Shown here piece by piece: positions 58,058-64,000 of a stretch of 64,000 bases of DNA (position 1 is its first letter; every line of letters starts with the position of its first letter). Under the pieces are notes generated by a model. That model searched no databases and was not told the origin of the DNA. It worked only from the letters and a program-made list of their open reading frames with translations. The position numbers and the translations under genes were made by a program. The DNA comes from an uncultured Verrucomicrobiae bacterium (lineage in GTDB: Bacteria; Verrucomicrobiota; Verrucomicrobiia; Chthoniobacterales; JAFAMB01): positions 2,112,001-2,176,000 of the forward strand of contig CAWIPH010000002.1 of the NCBI GenBank assembly GCA_963837955.1, written 5' to 3'.

Positions 58058-58102
58058 TGGCATACACAGTATACACAATTGCGTATATAGCGCAACCGAT
58101 CG

Positions 58103-58342
58103 TCAGTATTTCTTATTCCAACGACTTTCAGCGGCCTTGCGAGCAATCTCTTTACGTCGCTTTTCGGACAACTTTTGTGCTCTTGCTTTGCCGCCCTTTA
58201 GTCCGCCAAGTCGACCAAGAGATACTGCAGCAGGATTCTTTTTTGGCTCCCCTTGCGCTAGCGAAGCTTGACCGGTAGCCTGCTTAACGACAGAAAACGC
58301 GGTTTCGTTAATGTCCTTCTTCTTACTTGAGCGCTTAGGCAT
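58103..58342 (-). CDS. Passenger small basic protein (KNPAAVxLGRLGGLKGGKARA type)
   Basis: MPKRSS...KNPAAVSLGRLGGLKGGKARAQKLSEKRRKEIARKAAESRW; first gene inside the right TIR. Confidence 0.8.
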   Translation of the reverse strand: MPKRSSKKKDINETAFSVVKQATGQASLAQGEPKKNPAAVSLGRLGGLKGGKARAQKLSEKRRKEIARKAAESRWNKKY

Positions 58343-58450
58343 GCGCTACCGTGGCACACCGAAAAGCAGGATGCCAAACAAATCCGATTTCAAAATGTAC
58401 CACCACCAATCTTCGTTGTGCGGCCCGGTATCTATCGGATAGAAGATAAC

Positions 58451-58705
58451 ATGCCAAAGTCATTCCCTAGCTGGCTGGGTCTCCAAGTCGCTCTGTTGAT
58501 CTGTTTGCTCTGTCAATCCACCCGCGGCGCGCCAGCCAACTCGAAGATCGAAACGATTGTGCTCCTTCGGCACTCCGAAAAACCTCCGGAGGAATTTGGA
58601 CAATTAGCTTGCCAGGGGTTGAATCGGGCGCTGGCCTTGCCCAGCGTCTTGATCAACAAATTCGGAAAACCAAACGCCATTTTTCCACCTAACCCAAGCG
58701 GATAG
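58451..58705 (+). pseudogene. Truncated secreted histidine-phosphatase-like gene
   Basis: Signal peptide, then IVLLRHSEKP..GQLACQGLNRALAL, then stops after about 84 codons. Confidence 0.55.
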
Positions 58706-58768
58706 GTGCCTGAGGAAGGGAATGCGGAATATGTCCATTAGCCAAGTGATGAGAAGGAAAATCCAAAG

Positions 58769-59791
58769 ATGAAAAAGAAAGTTGAATGGGGAGTATTGGG
58801 AGTCGCTGAGATCGGGATGAAGAAAGTCATTCCAGCGATGCAGCGAGGCGAGTGGTGTGACGTCGCGGCCATCGCTTCCCGGGACCTGAAAAAGGCGCAA
58901 CAGGCCGCTAAACAACTGGGAATTCGCAAGGTTTACGGATCGTACGAGGAGCTTTTGGCTGATTCCGATGTCGAGGCCATTTACAATCCGCTACCGAATC
59001 ATCTGCATGTTCCGTGGTCGATCAAAGCGGCAGAAGCTGGAAAGCACGTCCTTTGCGAAAAGCCGATTAGCCTCACGGTTGAGGAAGCAATATCGCTGTT
59101 GAAAGTCCGCGATCGCACCGGCGTTAAGATTGAGGAGGCTTTCATGGTTCGTACTCATCCGCAATGGCGCGCTGCCGTTGAGTTGATCCAAACCGGCAAG
59201 ATCGGAAAGGTTCGATCGGTCGCTGGATGTTTCAGCTACGACAACCAGGATCCGCAGAACATTCGCAACATCCGCGAATACGGCGGCGGTGGGATGATGG
59301 ATATTGGTTGTTATCTTATTTTTACTTCCCGATTCATTTTCGGCGAAGAACCCACGAGGGTGTTTGGGGTCATTGAAGAAGATCCCAAGCTGCGGACCGA
59401 TGTGCTCTCCTCGGGTGTTATGCATTTTCCTTCCGGACACTCGGTATTCACCTGTAGCACGCAACTTGTCCCTTATCAGAAGGTACAGATCTTCGGAACC
59501 AAAGGCCGGATAGAGATAGAGATACCTTTCAACGCGCCGCCCGATCGACCTTGCCGGATATACGTAGACGACGGAGCCGATCCCTCCGGCCGAAGTGCGG
59601 AAGTTATAGAATTCGAGACGGCTGATCAATACACCATCCAGGGTGATCTGTTCTCAAGAAGCATTCGCGAGGGTTCAGAGCTGCCGGTTCCGCTAGAAGG
59701 CTCGATCAGGAATATGGCGGTGATTGAGGCGGTATTCCGCTCGACTGAATCTGGTAAATGGGAGCAGCCCATCGTGCCGACTGGGAAATAG
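58769..59791 (+). CDS. Gfo/Idh/MocA-family oxidoreductase
   Basis: WGVLGVAEIG, YNPLPNHLH, GKHVLCEKP, GGGMMDIGCY. Confidence 0.93.
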   Translation: MKKKVEWGVLGVAEIGMKKVIPAMQRGEWCDVAAIASRDLKKAQQAAKQLGIRKVYGSYEELLADSDVEAIYNPLPNHLHVPWSIKAAEAGKHVLCEKPISLTVEEAISLLKVRDRTGVKIEEAFMVRTHPQWRAAVELIQTGKIGKVRSVAGCFSYDNQDPQNIRNIREYGGGGMMDIGCYLIFTSRFIFGEEPTRVFGVIEEDPKLRTDVLSSGVMHFPSGHSVFTCSTQLVPYQKVQIFGTKGRIEIEIPFNAPPDRPCRIYVDDGADPSGRSAEVIEFETADQYTIQGDLFSRSIREGSELPVPLEGSIRNMAVIEAVFRSTESGKWEQPIVPTGK

Positions 59792-59798
59792 TAGGTGG

Positions 59799-59825
59799 GA
59801 AATAGCAGATAGCAAATAGCAAATG
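59799..59825. repeat. Short inverted counterpart of the heptamer array (GAAATAG CAGATAG CAAATAG CAAATG)
   Basis: CAGATAG and CAAATAG are reverse complements of CTATCTG and CTATTTG. Confidence 0.7.
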
Positions 59826-59894
59826 CCCGATAGCCCGCTACCCATGACGCTTGATAGACAGCCGCATGGTCCAGCTGCATCCTATACCTTCTTT

Positions 59895-60032
59895 CCTTTG
59901 CGTCTTTGCGTGAGTTATCTTTTATTCCGTCACGCCTACCCTTCGCCGTGACTCAGCCTAAGCCTCTCTGTTTCCTCCGTTACCTCCTGTTCAAATCGTC
60001 TTGCGTCTTTGCGTCTTTGCGCGAGATTTTCT
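59895..60032. repeat. CTTTGCG octamer-based repeat cluster
   Basis: CTTTGCGTCTTTGCGTGAG and TTACCTCCTGTTCAAATC..CTTTGCGTCTTTGCGCGAGATTTT; inverted relative of 52622-52685. Confidence 0.65.
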
Positions 60033-60777
60033 ACGCTGCCCAGCCGCCGTCGATAATGTGGATCTGCCCGGTGGTGAACGCGGACTCATCCGAGGCAAGG
60101 TAGAGGGCAAGTGCCGCGATTTCGGTCGGTTTCCCGAGGCGGCCCATTGGTTGGCGAGCAACAAAAGCATCTCGGATTTGGCCTTGGCTTTTGCCTTCCT
60201 GTTGGGCCTGGGTCGCGATTCGTTGATCGAGGGAAGGGGACTCGACTGTTCCCGGGCAGATGGCGTTGCACCGGATCTTTTCGCGGATAAAATCGACGGC
60301 AACGGATTTGGTCAGGCCGACCACTGCGGCCTTGGTGACGCTGTACAAAAACCGGTTCGGAACCGCTCTTACTCCGCCGGCTACGGAAGAGACATTAATG
60401 ATCGAACCGCCTCCGTTGCCGATCATGCCCGGAAGAAACGCTTTTATCATCCGGAACATCGAACGCACGTTAAGCGTCATCCCGAAATCCCAATCTTCTT
60501 CGGTGCAATCCTTGATGGAGCCAGAGTGAACAAATCCGGCACAGTTAAAGAGAACGTCGATCGGCCCGATTTTTTTGGCGCATTCTGCGATCATCTCCGG
60601 CTGCGTGACGTCGAGCTTTAGCGGCTGCACATTGTCCAATTTGGCCAAGGCGCTGTCATTAATATCGGCGGCGATCACCTGGGCGCCTTCTCTGGCAAAT
60701 GCTTCTGCTGTTGCCCGGCCAATGCCCTGTGCGGCTGCGGTAACGAGCGCGATCTTCCCGGATAAACGTCCACTCAT
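60031..60777 (-). CDS. SDR (2-keto-3-deoxy-L-fuconate dehydrogenase/BDH2-like)
   Basis: TAAAQGIG, LFNCAGFVHSG, YSVTKAAV, CPGTVESPSL. Confidence 0.9.
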   Translation of the reverse strand: MSGRLSGKIALVTAAAQGIGRATAEAFAREGAQVIAADINDSALAKLDNVQPLKLDVTQPEMIAECAKKIGPIDVLFNCAGFVHSGSIKDCTEEDWDFGMTLNVRSMFRMIKAFLPGMIGNGGGSIINVSSVAGGVRAVPNRFLYSVTKAAVVGLTKSVAVDFIREKIRCNAICPGTVESPSLDQRIATQAQQEGKSQGQIRDAFVARQPMGRLGKPTEIAALALYLASDESAFTTGQIHIIDGGWAA

Positions 60778-60837
60778 GAGAGTTCAACTGTTAACGATTA
60801 AGCCAAGTGGGCTTTAAGTTTGTTGCTGAGATTAGCA

Positions 60838-61641
60838 TCATTCCATCGCCCGGACCGTGTACCCTCCCGACTTCTCGTCAGCCTCCAATTTCAAAAGGCC
60901 GCGCTTCTGCCCCTCTAAGAGTAGATCGTTAAACGAGCGGAAGCCGTAAGCGCGCTCGTTGAAGCCCGGGTTCCGGCGCTTGATGGCTTGCTTGATCATG
61001 GAGCCCCAAATGCTCTCATCTTCCGCTCGTTCCTCGGTGATGGCTTCTAGCGTCTCGACCACGAGGTCCAACGCTTTGGCGACAGAGGGACCTTTGCTTT
61101 CGTCCGCCGAAACCCTGGCCGCGGAAACGGTCGCCGCGCTCCGCTTCCGAGTCTTTGACGGAGCGGCGCGGACCAAGTCATCGTAATATAGAAACTGGTC
61201 GCAGTTGTTGATGAACAGGTCGGAGGTGGAGTTCTTGACGCCAACGCCAATGACCGTTTTGGCGTTCTCCCGCAGCTTGCTCACAAGTGGGGAGAAATCC
61301 GAGTCGCCGCTGATGATGGCGAAGGTGTCCACGTGGCCCTTGGTGTAGCAGAGGTCGAGCGCGTCTACTACCATGCGGATGTCGGCGGAGTTCTTCCCCG
61401 ACTGGCGCAGATGGGGGATCTCGATGAGTTCGAAGGCGGCTTCGTGCAGGCTTCGCTTGAAGTCTTTATATCGGTCAAAGTCGCAGTAGGCTTTCTTAAC
61501 CACGATCTGCCCCTTGAGTAGGAGTCGCTCGAGCACTTTCTGGACATCGAATGCAGGGTAATGGGCAGCGTGGGCGCCGAGAGCGATGTTCTCCAGGTCG
61601 AGAAACACAGCCATGGTCGCATTGGAATCGTCGGCGCGCAT
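60838..61641 (-). CDS. NYN-domain protein with C-terminal LOTUS/OST-HTH
   Basis: VFLDLENI, GKNSADIRMVVDAL, SGDSDFSPLV; C-terminal IKRRNPGFNERAYGFRSFNDLL. Confidence 0.9.
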   Translation of the reverse strand: MRADDSNATMAVFLDLENIALGAHAAHYPAFDVQKVLERLLLKGQIVVKKAYCDFDRYKDFKRSLHEAAFELIEIPHLRQSGKNSADIRMVVDALDLCYTKGHVDTFAIISGDSDFSPLVSKLRENAKTVIGVGVKNSTSDLFINNCDQFLYYDDLVRAAPSKTRKRSAATVSAARVSADESKGPSVAKALDLVVETLEAITEERAEDESIWGSMIKQAIKRRNPGFNERAYGFRSFNDLLLEGQKRGLLKLEADEKSGGYTVRAME

Positions 61642-61677
61642 ATTTACACTAATACCAGCCTGTGGAGGGAAAAACCA

Positions 61678-62010
61678 CTAGCCTGATCCTCGTACACTTC
61701 GCCCGTCTCCCTTTCTTTCAGTCTTTAAAGAGCTCAACCAGGAGGCAGCAAACAGGGTTCTGTCTCTTGCGACAGCATTGCTACGGGTCAAATCTCGTTC
61801 TCCGGAGATACTTTTTTGTGGCGATTCGAGGACCTATGGCAAAGGTCCCTGGTCAGGTTGGGCTGCAGCGATTGTGAGAGGTGAGAAGTGATTGGTGATT
61901 AGTGGATACCTATCGGCAGGGAGCGGGGAGCCGGACGGGGTATGCCATTGCGTTGTCGACCGTCCGGCGTGTCGGAGACGCCAGGTAGCCGAAGGCTTAG
62001 ACAACAGCCG
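61678..62010. repeat. Left part of a composite family A element
   Basis: CTAGCCTGATCCT start; 61860-62000 closely matches 45660-45825; no right terminus seen. Confidence 0.75.
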
Positions 62011-62020
62011 CTTGGCGTAC

Positions 62021-62275
62021 CAGGATTCTGATTTTCGAAAGGCCGAGACTTTTCTAGCTGCGCTGGCATTTTACGAACTGGGTGGGTACGAAGTTTGTCT
62101 TCAGGCGGCGCGTAACTATCGGGTCCTGCAGCGGAAAGGGATCACTGTTCGCAAAACAATCGACGTTATCATTGCTACCGCCTGCATTGCCTGGAATTTG
62201 GAACTGCTGCATAACGACAGGGATTTCGGGGCTCTGCAACACTCCCTGGGATTACGAGTCGTCGGCAAGGGTTGA
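62021..62275 (+). pseudogene. C-terminal fragment of a VapC/PIN-domain nuclease
   Basis: AARNYRVLQRKGITVRKTIDVIIATACI..LLHNDRDF; the N-terminal VDTS motif is missing and replaced by repeat sequence. Confidence 0.7.
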
Positions 62276-62348
62276 GTGCGTGCTAGTTTTACCGCGGGCC
62301 GAAGTAGACAGTCGGATCTTTAGGACCTAACTCTCGTTCCGGGTTACG

Positions 62349-63401
62349 CTACGAGGCCGGAACGAATCGCATCTGTTGGAATTGAGCAAAGAGCCGAAGC
62401 AGCATTTCCTCCGTATCGACCCATTCATGGAAGCCGAAGCGGCGGGACTTGGTCGTATCCGACATTATGTCGTACTCGAGGTTAAAAATTGCTTCTCCAA
62501 ACGGCCAGGCAGCAGCCTCCTGGAAGGAGTAGTCAAGAAGGCCGTGCTTCTTTACCAGAGTCTTCCAAATCGGTTCTTTGTCCGACATGAATTGGGCGAG
62601 GGGGAACCGCTGAGGCGGCGCGTACTCCATCTTGAAGAACTCGGCCAGCCGCGGCCAGACATTCTCCCAGCGATTGAAGTCTCCATTGGTGATATTGAAC
62701 GCTTGCCCGTCACACCGATCATTTTCGCCCGCCCAAACAATGGCTTTGGCCAAAAGCTCGGCATCTGTCATCTCCATCAGTGCGCGATATGCAGCGTTCG
62801 ATCCCGGGTAGCGGAGAGGCAAGCCCATCTCTTTGCAAAGAGCCGCGTAAACGGCGATGACCGTAGCCATGTTCATGGGATTCCCAACAGCAAAACCGCA
62901 GATTAACGATGGCCGCAACGCCGACCAGGACCACCCCTTTCCGGCCGAGCGATCTTGCAGATAATCTTGTTGGTCATAATAGAAATTTGGTCGCATATGG
63001 CGCGGGTCAGTCTCTTTGGCGGGCGTCTTATACGGACCGAGGTGCGCGCCGTAGAACTTGGCGCCTTCGAGCAGGACCACCTTCCGAAACGTTTTGGAGG
63101 CTCGTTCCACGGTTTCAACAGTATTAGCGAGCATGGCTAAGTTAGGAGATACCTCGGCAAAGAAATCGGCCGCCGGTTGCAGCGCCGCGTAGAAGATGTG
63201 CGTCACATCACCGATCCCACTCAGCCGGGATTCAACCTCGGACCGATTCAAAAGATCGACCGAAATAAGTTGAGCGGGAGGTCGAATTTCGGAGCTTCGC
63301 CGAGACAGCCCGATCACCTCCCAATCGCCCAGTGAAACGAGATGATTGACCAGCGTTCGCCCAGTTACACCGAGCGCTCCAGCGACCAAGGCTTTCTTCA
63401 T
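62349..63401 (-). CDS. PRISE / progesterone 5-beta-reductase-like atypical SDR
   Basis: GALGVTG, GAKFYG, NFYYDQQD, WSWSALRP, AFNITNGD. Confidence 0.85.
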   Translation of the reverse strand: MKKALVAGALGVTGRTLVNHLVSLGDWEVIGLSRRSSEIRPPAQLISVDLLNRSEVESRLSGIGDVTHIFYAALQPAADFFAEVSPNLAMLANTVETVERASKTFRKVVLLEGAKFYGAHLGPYKTPAKETDPRHMRPNFYYDQQDYLQDRSAGKGWSWSALRPSLICGFAVGNPMNMATVIAVYAALCKEMGLPLRYPGSNAAYRALMEMTDAELLAKAIVWAGENDRCDGQAFNITNGDFNRWENVWPRLAEFFKMEYAPPQRFPLAQFMSDKEPIWKTLVKKHGLLDYSFQEAAAWPFGEAIFNLEYDIMSDTTKSRRFGFHEWVDTEEMLLRLFAQFQQMRFVPAS

Positions 63402-63524
63402 ACGGAAATCAGGTATTCGGGCAAAAGCTTCCCTTATTCGCCGGCGCTCGTCGAGCGTCGTAACTGCGATTCAGCCTGCCACTTGTGAATGACGATCGCG
63501 AAGCCATCAGGATCAAAAACGATT

Positions 63525-64000
63525 CTAAACATGCTCCAGTCGCTGGAGTTGTTCCGGCGAAAGAGCCAGCGTGGCCGCAGCTAGATTTTCTTCCAGATGC
63601 TGTTGTGATCGAGTGCCGGGAATCGGGATGATGTTTGGCGCTCGGTGCAACAGCCAAGCCAGCGCTACTTGCGTCCGGGTCGCTTTGAGCTCGCTGGCAA
63701 TCTCTGCCAAGACTCCGTCAGCGGAGGCGAGGGGTGCACCCGCCTGCATGGGGTCAGCTCCGAGCGGTCCATAGGGTAGAAAGGCGATGCTCTGGCTCGC
63801 ACAAAATTCCAGGATTGAATCGCTTTCGTGCTCAGCCACGCTGAACCGATTTTGTACCGAAGCAATCGGGGCTACGGTCAGTGCTTCCTTAACCTGATCG
63901 AGGGTCACATTGGAAATGCCGATCCGGCGGATTTTTCCTTCTTTTTGCAGCGTAGCGAGACCAGCGATCGACTCGGATAACGGAACGTTTGGGTCGACCC
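63525..64000 (-). CDS. Aldo/keto reductase (5' end outside the window)
   Basis: Frame open to the window edge: VDPNVPLSESI..EGKIRRIGISNV, SVQNRFS, IPIPGT, HLEENLAA. Confidence 0.9.
   Translation of the reverse strand, partial: VDPNVPLSESIAGLATLQKEGKIRRIGISNVTLDQVKEALTVAPIASVQNRFSVAEHESDSILEFCASQSIAFLPYGPLGADPMQAGAPLASADGVLAEIASELKATRTQVALAWLLHRAPNIIPIPGTRSQQHLEENLAAATLALSPEQLQRLEHV

Larger units (their letters stand above)
56117..58407 (-). mobile_element. IS1-family transposon with passenger genes and a tRNA (2291 bp)
   Basis: TIRs GGTAGTGGTACATTTTGAAA (56117-56136) / TTTCAAAATGTACCACCACC (58388-58407), 19/20; 8-bp TSD AATCTTCG at 56109-56116 and 58408-58415; DDE transposase inside. Confidence 0.93.

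Noticed and set aside
54833..59825. Composite mobile element bounded by the inverted heptamer tracts
   Set aside because: The right tract has only about 4 units, there is no TSD, and such short repeats are scattered through the window; the IS has its own defined ends.
60838..62275. NYN protein plus PIN fragment as a toxin-antitoxin or defence pair
   Set aside because: The genes are divergent and separated by a repeat; the PIN gene is truncated; NYN-LOTUS genes are commonly standalone.

Overview
64 kb of a moderately GC-rich bacterial chromosome. The gene set and repeat style suggest a soil Verrucomicrobiota/Chthoniobacterales-like organism; this is inference only. Most of the window is accessory metabolism: an organosulfur-scavenging cluster (ssuA x2, ssuD, SfnB-like, DszA/NtaA-like, AtoE-like transporter), several sugar/polyol catabolic and ABC-transport loci, a PabB-PabC fusion, a desaturase, a CocE/NonD hydrolase, a multicopper oxidase, an RND pump and an AlkZ-like glycosylase. 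The intergenic space is crowded with at least six families of palindromic/MITE-like and short tandem repeats and several truncated genes. The standout is a complete IS1-family transposon at 56117-58407 (20-bp TIRs, 8-bp TSD AATCTTCG) carrying passenger genes. One passenger, absent from the ORF track, is a perfectly folding 93-nt class II tRNA (57489-57581, minus strand) with a tRNA-Ser-type body but a proline anticodon (AGG), i.e. a candidate mobile Pro-to-Ser mistranslating tRNA. A 2.1-kb segment bounded by 56-bp inverted repeats, holding a four-helix-bundle gene and a candidate structured RNA, is the second most notable feature. All product calls come from motif recognition by eye; no database searches were run.
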